A stretch of DNA of 64,000 nt from the NCBI GenBank assembly GCA_963851025.1, contig CAWKOA010000031.1:19374-83373 (forward strand). The letters run 5' to 3'. The notes beneath the pieces were generated by a model. That model saw nothing but the letters and a program-made list of their open reading frames with translations. It made no database searches and had not been told where the DNA came from. How positions within the stretch are numbered: position 1 is the stretch's first letter; each line of letters opens with the position of its first letter. Below, in pieces: positions 45,084 to 53,317 of the stretch. The translations under genes and the position numbers were made by a program. The stretch comes from an uncultured Actinomycetes bacterium (lineage in GTDB: Bacteria; Actinomycetota; Actinomycetes; Streptosporangiales; Streptosporangiaceae).

Positions 45084-45804
45084 TCAGCGCAGCCGCCAGA
45101 CCGTGCTGGGCTTGATCTCCGTGTCCTCGATGACCCGCTCGACCGGGACGTCGTAGGTGGCGACCTGCTCGAAGCGGTCCCGCGGCAGGTAGGCCCGGCC
45201 CGGATCGCCCACCAGCACCAGCGCGCCGTCCCGGCGGGCCCGCTCCAGGAACGGCAGCATCAGGCCGGCCATGGCCCGGTCGTAGAACGCGTCCCCGGCC
45301 AGGACCACGTCCGCCCGCACCACGTCCGCCCGCACCGCCGCCACGTCCGCCGGCACCGCATCCGCGGGCCCCGGGACGTCCAGGAGGTCACCGAGCACGG
45401 GCTCCAGCCGGACCCGGTTCACCCGGGCGTTGAGCGCGATGGCGGCGACCGCGAGCGGGTCGGTTTCGCTCGGGGTGACCGGCGCCGCGCCCGCCGCGGC
45501 GGCCGCGATCGCGACGAGGCCGGACCCGGACGCGAGGTCGAGCACGGCCCGGCCGCGGACGCAGCCGGGGTGGTCGAGCAGGTACCGGGCCAGCGCCTGG
45601 CCGCCCGCCCACGGGAACGCCCAGAACGGCGGGGGCAGCTGGGCCTGCCCGCTGTCATGCTCGATGCGCTCCCACAGCCCGAACGCGTCCCGGGCCAGGT
45701 AGAGCCGGATCTCCGGCAGCAGCGGCGGGGCGGCCAGCCAGGTGTTGGCCCGGATGAACGCCGCGGGTGCGTGCCGCGGCGACTGCTGTTTCAGCCCTGC
45801 TCAC
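45084..45804 (-). pseudogene. Class I SAM-dependent methyltransferase (COG3897-like); frame break near 45765-45775
   Basis: FIRANTWLAAPPLLPEIRLYLARDAFGLWERIEHDSGQAQLPPPFWAFPWAGGQALARYLLDHPGCVRGRAVLDLASGSGLVAIAAA... is one open frame with no start codon. The GTG at 45804 (VSRAETAVAAARTRG) is in a neighbouring frame. Confidence 0.7.
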
Positions 45805-46546
45805 CCCGTCTGCCGCCGGGGCTGGCCTGGCCGTCGAGCAGACCGTAGGCCACCGCCTCGGGGACGGTCAGGAACCGTCCCTGCCGGGCGTCCGCCCGGA
45901 TCTCGTCCACTTCGCGCCCGGTCACCTCGGCCAGCCGGATGTAGAGCATGTCGACCATGGTCTCGACCTGCTCCTCCTGGCCCCGGACCTGGGTGGCGGT
46001 GCCGTCCAGGTTCATCCGCGGTTCGGTGAGCCCCAGGACCGCGCTCGGGTAGCCGAGGCGCTGACCGCACGCGGCGAGCACGCCCAGGGCCGGGCCGCCG
46101 ACCTGGCCGGCCACGTACCCGGTGACCGGGGCGCGGAGCACGTCCAGGACGCCCATGATGGTCAGCGCGGCGGGCAGCTCGGCGTCCAGGCCCTGCAGTT
46201 CGAGCCGGACCGGGCCGTCACCCTCAGCATCCAGGGTGAGCAGCTGGGCGCTCAGCACGCTGGCCGCCGGGCCGTCGAGCAGGCCGGACGCCATCACGAT
46301 GCGCCTCTCCAGCAGCCGCTGGTAGAGCCCGCCCGGCCAATCGCCCTGGTCGGTCCAGACCCGGGACGGCGGCACGGCGGGATACGCGGGCGGCTCCCGG
46401 TGCGGGGCCGGCCAGCCGGGTGCCCCGGGCCAGCCCGGGCCGCCGGGGCGGCCAGGGCGGCCAGGGCGGGACGGCGGCTCCCCCGGCCCGGGCGGGCCGG
46501 GCCACGGGCGGCCGGGCGGGAACGAGTCAGCCACGGGAACGGCCAT
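45791..46546 (-). CDS. ClpP/S14-fold protein with a Pro/Gly-rich N-terminal region and substituted catalytic triad (pseudo-protease candidate)
   Basis: LYQRLLERRIVMASGLLDGPAASVLSAQLLTLDAEGDGPVRLELQG...YVAGQVGGPALGVLAACG...RLGYPSAVLGLTEP...ADARQGRFLTVPEAVAYGLLD aligns by eye to ClpP. It has G at the Ser position (GQAASMG), T at the His position (MIHQP) and G at the Asp position. Confidence 0.75.
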   Translation of the reverse strand: MAVPVADSFPPGRPWPGPPGPGEPPSRPGRPGRPGGPGWPGAPGWPAPHREPPAYPAVPPSRVWTDQGDWPGGLYQRLLERRIVMASGLLDGPAASVLSAQLLTLDAEGDGPVRLELQGLDAELPAALTIMGVLDVLRAPVTGYVAGQVGGPALGVLAACGQRLGYPSAVLGLTEPRMNLDGTATQVRGQEEQVETMVDMLYIRLAEVTGREVDEIRADARQGRFLTVPEAVAYGLLDGQASPGGRRGEQG

Positions 46547-47060
46547 GGAAGTCCTCCTGTCGTGGGCCATAGGGCTGGTGCTGCGCGGCGGGCGCGAGCG
46601 GCCCGGCCGCCGGGCTCAGGCCGGGCGAGCCGGAATACCCCGGGCGCGCTGGCCGCCCGGGCCCGCGATCGGGCCCGGGGCCGAATCCGGGACCCGGGGC
46701 CGGCTCCGGCCCGGGCGGCGGCAGCTCACCCCCGGGCGGCGTGTCCTGCAGCCGCCAGCTGATCTCGCTGCCGATCGCCGCGGCGTACCGTTCCAGGGTC
46801 GAGGCCCGTACGTCCGCCGCCCCGGCTTCGAGCCGGGCCACGGCCGACTGCGAGGTACCCATCCGCGCCGCGACCTGGGTCTGGGACAGCCCGGCCGCCT
46901 GCCGCTGCGCGGCCAGCTCGCCGACCAGCCGCTGCCGCCCGGCCGCCATCCGGCGCAGGGCCATCTCGCGGAACCCGGGGAGCCGCGGCAGGCTCCCGTC
47001 GTCCGGGGCGCCGGGAACAGCCGCATTCACGGGCCCGAACGGTCCGCCCGGTGCACTCAT
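46527..47060 (-). CDS. XRE-family HTH regulator with a Pro/Gly-rich C-terminal tail
   Basis: LAAQRQAAGLSQTQVAARMGTSQSAVARLEAGAADVRASTLERYAAAIG. The tail overlaps the ClpP-like gene start, so the 3' end is uncertain. Confidence 0.7.
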   Translation of the reverse strand: MSAPGGPFGPVNAAVPGAPDDGSLPRLPGFREMALRRMAAGRQRLVGELAAQRQAAGLSQTQVAARMGTSQSAVARLEAGAADVRASTLERYAAAIGSEISWRLQDTPPGGELPPPGPEPAPGPGFGPGPDRGPGRPARPGYSGSPGLSPAAGPLAPAAQHQPYGPRQEDFHGRSRG

Positions 47061-47342
47061 ACTCCTGACGATATCTCATTAACGAGATCACGCCAGAGTG
47101 ATACATGGGGCGGGGCGGGGCCGGACCGGGCTCGGGCTGAGCAGACCCGGCCCGGTCCAGCGCGAGGAGACCGGCCAGGTACGTCCCAGCCACCACGGGG
47201 CCGCCGGGGCGACGAAGCCGGGCCGGACTGTCATCAGTCCCGGCGGCCGCGTCCCCGCGTCCGCGGGCGGCCGGGCGGCCGGGCGGCCGGGACGACAATC
47301 ATGTGACTTGAAGTAACAGTTACTTTTGGTAGCATCCGTGCC

Positions 47343-48083
47343 ATGCGTACCCAGGCGGAGACGCCGCCGCGGCCGCACGACGCGCGCCGCGACCGCTGGA
47401 CCGCGCACCGCGCGCAGCGGCGCCGCGAGTTCGTGGCCGCCGCCCTGCGCGTGCTCACGGCGCACGGGCCCGAGCTGCCCATGGACGCGGTGGCCGCCGA
47501 GGCCGGCGTGACCAAGCCGGTGCTGTACCGCTATTTCGCGGACAAGGCGGCCCTGGTCGGCGCGCTGGGAGAGTACGCGTCGGCCCTGCTCCAGGAACGG
47601 CTGGTGCCCGCGCTCACCGCGGACGGCCCGGCCATGGCCCGGATCCGGGACGGCGTGGGCGCCTACTTCGCGATCATCGACGACAACCCGGACCTGTACT
47701 GGCTGCTGGCCCGGCACGGCGGCGCGGACAGCAGCCCGGGACCCGGAGTGGTGGCCCGGCAGAAGGAGTTCATCGCCACTACGCTGACCGCGGTGTACGG
47801 CGATTACCTGCGCAGCTTCGGGCTCGATTCCGGGGCCGCCGAACCGTGGGCGTTCGGCATCACCGGCCTGGTGCAGAGCACCGGGGAATGGTGGCTGGAC
47901 CGGCGCTCGATGAGCCGCGCGCACGTCATCGACTACGTCAGCCAGCTGATCTGGTGGGCGCTGACCGGGGTGCTGCACGAGGCGGGGATCGCCGCCGACC
48001 CGGACGCCCTGGTCCCGGCGGCCCGGCCGGTCCTGACGCTCCGCACCGGCGGCGCGGCCGCCAGCCCGCGGGGGCCGCGGTGA
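47343..48083 (+). CDS. TetR-family transcriptional regulator
   Basis: EFVAAALRVLTAHGPELPMDAVAAEAGVTKPVLYRYFADKAALV. Confidence 0.85.
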   Translation: MRTQAETPPRPHDARRDRWTAHRAQRRREFVAAALRVLTAHGPELPMDAVAAEAGVTKPVLYRYFADKAALVGALGEYASALLQERLVPALTADGPAMARIRDGVGAYFAIIDDNPDLYWLLARHGGADSSPGPGVVARQKEFIATTLTAVYGDYLRSFGLDSGAAEPWAFGITGLVQSTGEWWLDRRSMSRAHVIDYVSQLIWWALTGVLHEAGIAADPDALVPAARPVLTLRTGGAAASPRGPR

Positions 48084-49690
48084 CCGCCCCGGCCAGCGGC
48101 TCACCGGCGGCCGCCCCGGCCACGGCCGCGCCCCGGCCCGGACCCGGACCGCCGCGGCGGACCCGGACCCGGACCCGGCCGCCGGGCACGGACCCGGACC
48201 CGGCCGCCGGAGCCGCCCCGCTGCCAGCGCACGTCCGGGTGGCGGTCATCGGCGCCGGGTTCGCCGGGATCGGGGCGGGCATCCGGCTGCGCCAGGCGGG
48301 CCGGACCGACTTCGTCATCCTGGAACGGGCGGACGCCGTCGGGGGGACCTGGCGCGACAACACCTACCCCGGCTGCACCTGTGACGTCCCGTCCCACCTG
48401 TACTCGTTCTCGTTCGCGCCGAACCCCGGCTGGTCGCACAGCTTCTCCCGGCAGCCCGAGATCTGGGCCTACCTCGACGCGGTGACCGACCGCTACGGCG
48501 TGCGCCCGCATATCCGGTTCGGGACCGAGCTGGCCGGGGCCCGCTGGGACGCCGGCGGTGCCCGGTGGCAGCTGCGGACATCGCGCGGGGACCTGACCGC
48601 CGACGTGGTCATCGCGGCCGGCGGCCCGCTGTCTGCCCCGTCCCTGCCGGACCTCCCGGGGCTGGACACCTTCCCGGGCGAGATCTTCCACTCGGCCCGC
48701 TGGGATCACCGGGCGGACCTGGCCGGCCAGCGGGTCGCGGTCGTCGGCACCGGGGCGTCGGCCATCCAGATCGTGCCCGCGATCCAGCCCGTCGCCGGCC
48801 GGCTGACCCTGTTCCAGCGCACCCCGGCCTGGGTCATGCCGCGCCGCGACCGCCGGATCTCCGGCACCGAGAAATGGCTGTACCGGCAGGTCCCGGTGAC
48901 CGAGCGGCTGGTGCGGCTGGGCCTGCACGCCAGCCGGGAAACGCTGGTGGTCGCGTTCGTGAAGCAGCCCGGCCTGTTCCGCGCGGCCCAGCGGATCGCG
49001 CTGCGGCATCTGGCCCGGTCGGTGCCGGACCCGGGCCTGCGCGCCCGGCTGACCCCCCGCTACACGATCGGCTGCAAGCGGATCCTGCTGTCCAACCACT
49101 ACTATCCCGCGCTCACCCAGCCGAACACCGAACTGGTCGCGGCGGGCCTGGCCAAGGTGGACGGGAGCACGCTCACCGCCCAGGACGGCACGGCCCGGGA
49201 CGCCGACGTGATCGTCTTCGCGACCGGGTTCCACGTCGTCGACATGCCGCTGGCCCGGCGGATCACCGGGGCGGACGGCGTGACGCTGGCCCAGGTCTGG
49301 GGCGAGGACATGCGCGCGCTGCGCGGCACGACGATCGCCGGGTTCCCCAACCTCTGCCTGCTGATCGGGCCGAACACCGGGCTCGGCCACAACTCGCTGA
49401 TCCACATCATCGAGGCCCAGCTCGACTACACGCTGGACTACCTGGCCGCACTGGACCGGCTGGGCGCGGCGGCCCTGGACGCGACGCCGGAGGCGGAGCA
49501 GCGCTGGTGCGATGACGTGCAGCGCCGGATGGCCTCGACGGTCTGGGCCACCGGCGGCTGCATGAGCTGGTACATGAACGCGGCGGGCCGCAACCCGACG
49601 CTGTGGCCCGGGTCGGTCGGCCGGTTCCGCCGCGCCACGCGGCGCGTGGACCTGGGCGAGTACCGGGTCATCCGGGCGGAGGCCGCGTGA
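48080..49690 (+). CDS. Flavin-containing (Baeyer-Villiger type) monooxygenase
   Basis: VAVIGAGFAGIGAG...GGTWRDNTYPGCTCDVPSHLYSFSF...VAVVGTGASAIQ...FATGF. GTGA overlap with the TetR gene. Confidence 0.9.
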   Translation: MTAPASGSPAAAPATAAPRPGPGPPRRTRTRTRPPGTDPDPAAGAAPLPAHVRVAVIGAGFAGIGAGIRLRQAGRTDFVILERADAVGGTWRDNTYPGCTCDVPSHLYSFSFAPNPGWSHSFSRQPEIWAYLDAVTDRYGVRPHIRFGTELAGARWDAGGARWQLRTSRGDLTADVVIAAGGPLSAPSLPDLPGLDTFPGEIFHSARWDHRADLAGQRVAVVGTGASAIQIVPAIQPVAGRLTLFQRTPAWVMPRRDRRISGTEKWLYRQVPVTERLVRLGLHASRETLVVAFVKQPGLFRAAQRIALRHLARSVPDPGLRARLTPRYTIGCKRILLSNHYYPALTQPNTELVAAGLAKVDGSTLTAQDGTARDADVIVFATGFHVVDMPLARRITGADGVTLAQVWGEDMRALRGTTIAGFPNLCLLIGPNTGLGHNSLIHIIEAQLDYTLDYLAALDRLGAAALDATPEAEQRWCDDVQRRMASTVWATGGCMSWYMNAAGRNPTLWPGSVGRFRRATRRVDLGEYRVIRAEAA

Positions 49691-50604
49691 CGGGTCCTGC
49701 GGCCGGCGCCGGCCTGGTGCCGCCGGAGCCGGTCAGCAGCACCTGGGCGACGTCCCGCGACGGGACCCGGCTGCACGTGGAGATCCACGGGCGGCCGGCC
49801 GGCTCCGCGCCGACCGTGGTGCTCATCCACGGCTGGACCTGCTCGATCCCGTTCTGGGCGCCGGTGATCCACGCCCTGCGCGACAGCTTCCGCGTGGTCG
49901 CCTACGACCTGCGCGGGCACGGGCGCAGCGACCACGGCGAGGCCGGCGGCAGCAGCGTGCAGGCCCTGGCCGACGACCTCGAGGCGGTGCTGGACCACAC
50001 CCTCCCGCCCGGCCAGCAGGCGGTGCTGGCCGGGCACAGCATGGGCGGCATGGCCATCATGGCCGCCGCCCCGCGCGAGTCCGTGCTGAGCCGGGCGGCC
50101 GGTGTCCTGCTCGCCTCCACCGGCGCGTCGAACCTGATCGCCGACGCCCTGGCCGTCCCGTTCGGCGCGTTCATCCCGCCGTTCGTGATGCTGCAGCACT
50201 GGCTGCTGACGTCGGCGGCACCGCTCGGCCCGTTCAGCCAGCTGACCCGGCCGATGCTCGGCTACCTGACCCTCGGCCCGGACGCGCCGGACGAGCTGGC
50301 CGCGGTCAACGCGGACATCATCCAGGCCTGCGACCGCCGGGCCCGGGCCGCCTGGGGCCACGTCCTGGCCAGCATGGACGTGGCCGACGGAGCCCGCCAG
50401 CTCGACGTGCCCGTGCAGGTCCTGGTCGGATCCGCGGACCGGCTCACCCCGCCCGGGCACGCCCGGCGGCTGGCCCGGCTGGTGCCCCAGCTGGCCGGGC
50501 TGACCGAGCTGCCCCGGATCGGGCACATGACCCCGCTGGAGGCGCCCGGGATGGTGAGCGACCTGATCCGCAAGCTCGCCGCGGACACCGGGACGCCCGG
50601 ATGA
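49687..50604 (+). CDS. Alpha/beta hydrolase
   Basis: VVLIHGWTCS...YDLRGHGRS...LAGHSMGGMAI (nucleophile elbow)...IGHMTPLE. GTGA overlap with the monooxygenase. Confidence 0.85.
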   Translation: MTGPAAGAGLVPPEPVSSTWATSRDGTRLHVEIHGRPAGSAPTVVLIHGWTCSIPFWAPVIHALRDSFRVVAYDLRGHGRSDHGEAGGSSVQALADDLEAVLDHTLPPGQQAVLAGHSMGGMAIMAAAPRESVLSRAAGVLLASTGASNLIADALAVPFGAFIPPFVMLQHWLLTSAAPLGPFSQLTRPMLGYLTLGPDAPDELAAVNADIIQACDRRARAAWGHVLASMDVADGARQLDVPVQVLVGSADRLTPPGHARRLARLVPQLAGLTELPRIGHMTPLEAPGMVSDLIRKLAADTGTPG

Positions 50605-50643
50605 GCGGTACGCAGCCCGGGCCGGGGCGCCTGCGCGGCCAGA

Positions 50644-50724
50644 CCGGATGAGCCCGCCGCCCCCGCCGGGCCGGATGAGCCCGCCACCACAGCCGGCCTG
50701 CATGAGCCCGCCGCGCCGGCCCTT
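50644..50724. repeat. Three tandem 27-bp units beginning CCGGATGAGCCCGCC / CTGCATGAGCCCGCC in a convergent intergenic region
   Basis: Units at 50644, 50671 and 50698. A related CCGGATGAGCGG sits at the hydrolase stop (50597). Confidence 0.5.
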
Positions 50725-50795
50725 CCGGGCCGCCCCGGGCCACACGCCCCGGGCGGGGGACCGGGACCAGCCGGTCTTCGTTAGGGAAAGAAAAG

Positions 50796-51851
50796 TCAGG
50801 CGACCTGGGGACGGGCCGCGGCGGCAGCGAACGCGGCCGGCGCGGTGTGCAGCGAGAGGTCCAGCACCGGCTGGCGCCGGCGGGGATCCATGAGGTTGAA
50901 GCCCATCGCGGCCAGGTCCTCGGGGCCGGGGGTGAGCACGGTGACCCGGGTGCCGCCGGCCCGCAGTGCCTCGGCCTCGCGCAGCAGCGTGCGGGTGACC
51001 AGCCGCCGCACCCGGCGCTCCAGCCGCTCGGTGGTCCGGGCCGGCCGGTCGGGGACGACGCTGGCCATCGGGGCGAGCACGTAGATCTCGTCCAGGCCGG
51101 CCTGGGCCAGCGACCGCAGCGAGGTGGACGAGCGCACGCCGCCGTCCACGTAGCGGCGGCCGTCGATGACGGCGGGCTCGTACCAGCCCGGGATGGAGCA
51201 GGACGCGACCACGGCGTCGGCCAGGGGCACCCGCGGGGCACCCGCCCGGCCGAACATCACCCGGCGGCCCGTGGCGTAGTCCACGGCGACGATCCAGGTC
51301 CGGCCGTCCGCCCAGGACAGGGGGGACCAGTCCGCGGTGTGCTGGGCCTGGAGCGCGCCGAGGGCCGTGACGGTGGCGCGCAGGGCCTCGTGGCGCCCCC
51401 GGCCGCGGGGCAGCCAGGCACTGGCCCCGACCGAGGGGTGGATGGTGTGCGGGGCGAGCAGGGTGGTGAGCATCAGCCGGGGCGAGCCCGCCCGCAGGTG
51501 CGGCCGGGGCGGCAGCGGCCCCTCGTCCAGGTCGCGCACGCCCGCGTCGTGCAGGGCGGCCACCGGGTCGCCGCGCTGCATGGCGGTCATCTCGTCCAGG
51601 GTGACACCGCAGCGCAGCGCGGCCGCGAGCACGCTGCCCGCGCTGGTGCCGACGATCATGTCGAGGTCGCCGACCGGTTCGGGCAGGCGTTCCTGCACCG
51701 CGTGCAGGGTCCCGGTCATCCAGGCCGCCCCGACCACCCCGCCGGCGCCGAGCACCAGGCCCGTCCGTTTCCTGGACCGCCCCCCGCCGGGCCGGGCCCT
51801 CCCGATCTGCTGGCAGGTGCCCCCCGGCACCCGTGGCGCAGCCATGGTCAC
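50796..51851 (-). CDS. Patatin-like phospholipase
   Basis: LVLGAGGVVGAAW (oxyanion GxGxxG), IVGTSAGSV (GxSxG), YVDGG. Confidence 0.85.
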   Translation of the reverse strand: MTMAAPRVPGGTCQQIGRARPGGGRSRKRTGLVLGAGGVVGAAWMTGTLHAVQERLPEPVGDLDMIVGTSAGSVLAAALRCGVTLDEMTAMQRGDPVAALHDAGVRDLDEGPLPPRPHLRAGSPRLMLTTLLAPHTIHPSVGASAWLPRGRGRHEALRATVTALGALQAQHTADWSPLSWADGRTWIVAVDYATGRRVMFGRAGAPRVPLADAVVASCSIPGWYEPAVIDGRRYVDGGVRSSTSLRSLAQAGLDEIYVLAPMASVVPDRPARTTERLERRVRRLVTRTLLREAEALRAGGTRVTVLTPGPEDLAAMGFNLMDPRRRQPVLDLSLHTAPAAFAAAAARPQVA

Positions 51852-51952
51852 CTCCTGACCCAGCCCCCGGCCCCGGCTCCCGGGACGCCGCCCCGGGGTG
51901 CCGAGCCTGTTACTGCTGGGTAAACCCGAGATATACCCGCTTTGACCAGCAG

Positions 51953-53317
51953 CTATCCCAGCTCGGCCAGGCCGCGGCGGATGCCCTTGGCCAGCACGGC
52001 CACGTCGGGCACGGCGTCACGGTCGGCGGTGATGCCGAACGAGAACCGCTCCAGGTAGGAGATGATCGCGACCGAGATCCGCACGTTGTCTCCGATCGGC
52101 ACGTACGGGTAGATGCGGGCCAGCCTGCGGCCGAGCAGGAACAGCGGCAGCCGCGGGCCCGGGACGTTGGTGGTGACGGTCTGGACCAGGGGCTGCGGGA
52201 TCTGGAAGGCGGTGTGTGAGCCCAGGGCGAGCAGCGCAGGGGCCGCGAAGCCCAGCATCCCGGTCAGTACTTCCGCGCCGACGGCCTGGGAGGTGCTCTT
52301 CAGCTCGTCCATCTGCCCGCGGATCAGCTCGAGCCGCCGCAGCGGGTCAGGCTCCCCGGCGGGCAGGTTGGCGAGCACCGCGGACACCTTGTTGGTGATC
52401 ATGCCCTGCTCGTCCTGGCGGCGGACCGAGACCGGCACGAGAGACCGCACGACCAGCCCGTCAGCCAGTTCCCCGCGTGCTTCCAGCAGGTCACGGAAGC
52501 CGCTGGTGATCGCCGCCAGCAGCACGTCGTTGACCGTGCCGCCGTGCGCGGAGCGGATCTCCTTCACCTCGGCCAGCGGGGCGGCGGCCCACGCCCACCG
52601 GCGGTCCGGGCCGATCGGGCCGTTCAGCGAGGCGGCCGACGGCACCGTGAGGCGGCGCGCGCTGGCGGCCAGGCCCCGGGCGTAGGCCACGATCTCCTCC
52701 GCGGGCGGCATCGGCTGGCGGAGCAGCGCGGACAACCCGGCGAGCTGGCGCGCCACACCGGCGGACGCCTGCTGCAGGCCGGCCGTCATCAGGTCCAGCA
52801 TGGCCGGCTCAGGCTCCGGCACCCAGGGGGCGGGCGCCGGGCATTCAGCGTCGGGGGCGAGATCGAAAACCGCGGTCATCAGGTCGTTGCCGCCGATGCC
52901 GTCCACCACGCAGTGGTGCACCTTGGACAGGATCGCCCACCGGCCGCCCTTCAGGCCGTCCAGCAGCCACCCTTCCCACAACGGCCGGGACCGGTCCAGC
53001 GGGGTCGCGAAGATCCCGGCGGCCAGCTCGCGAAGCTGCCGTTTCCCGCCGGGGGCGGGGACCGTGGCGCGCCGCACGTGATGACCGATCTCGAAATGCT
53101 CGTCGTCCACCCACATGGGGCGCAGGATCTCCAGCGGCATGGTCCGGACCACCTGGTGGTACCGCGGGACCAGCGGGAGTTTCGCCGCGAACAGCCGGGT
53201 CAGCTCCTCGTAACTGGGCGCGGGCCCGTCGAACAGCGCGAGCGAGCCGAGGTGCATCGGGACGTTGTCGTGCTCGACGTAGAAGAACCCGGCGTCGAGG
53301 GTGCTCATGCGTTCCAT
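51953..53317 (-). CDS. Wax ester synthase / diacylglycerol acyltransferase (WS/DGAT)
   Basis: MERMSTLDAGFFYVEHDNVPMHLGSLALF...SKVHHCVVDGIGG (HHxxxDG)...NVPGP...ISYLERFSFGITAD. Confidence 0.9.
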   Translation of the reverse strand: MERMSTLDAGFFYVEHDNVPMHLGSLALFDGPAPSYEELTRLFAAKLPLVPRYHQVVRTMPLEILRPMWVDDEHFEIGHHVRRATVPAPGGKRQLRELAAGIFATPLDRSRPLWEGWLLDGLKGGRWAILSKVHHCVVDGIGGNDLMTAVFDLAPDAECPAPAPWVPEPEPAMLDLMTAGLQQASAGVARQLAGLSALLRQPMPPAEEIVAYARGLAASARRLTVPSAASLNGPIGPDRRWAWAAAPLAEVKEIRSAHGGTVNDVLLAAITSGFRDLLEARGELADGLVVRSLVPVSVRRQDEQGMITNKVSAVLANLPAGEPDPLRRLELIRGQMDELKSTSQAVGAEVLTGMLGFAAPALLALGSHTAFQIPQPLVQTVTTNVPGPRLPLFLLGRRLARIYPYVPIGDNVRISVAIISYLERFSFGITADRDAVPDVAVLAKGIRRGLAELG

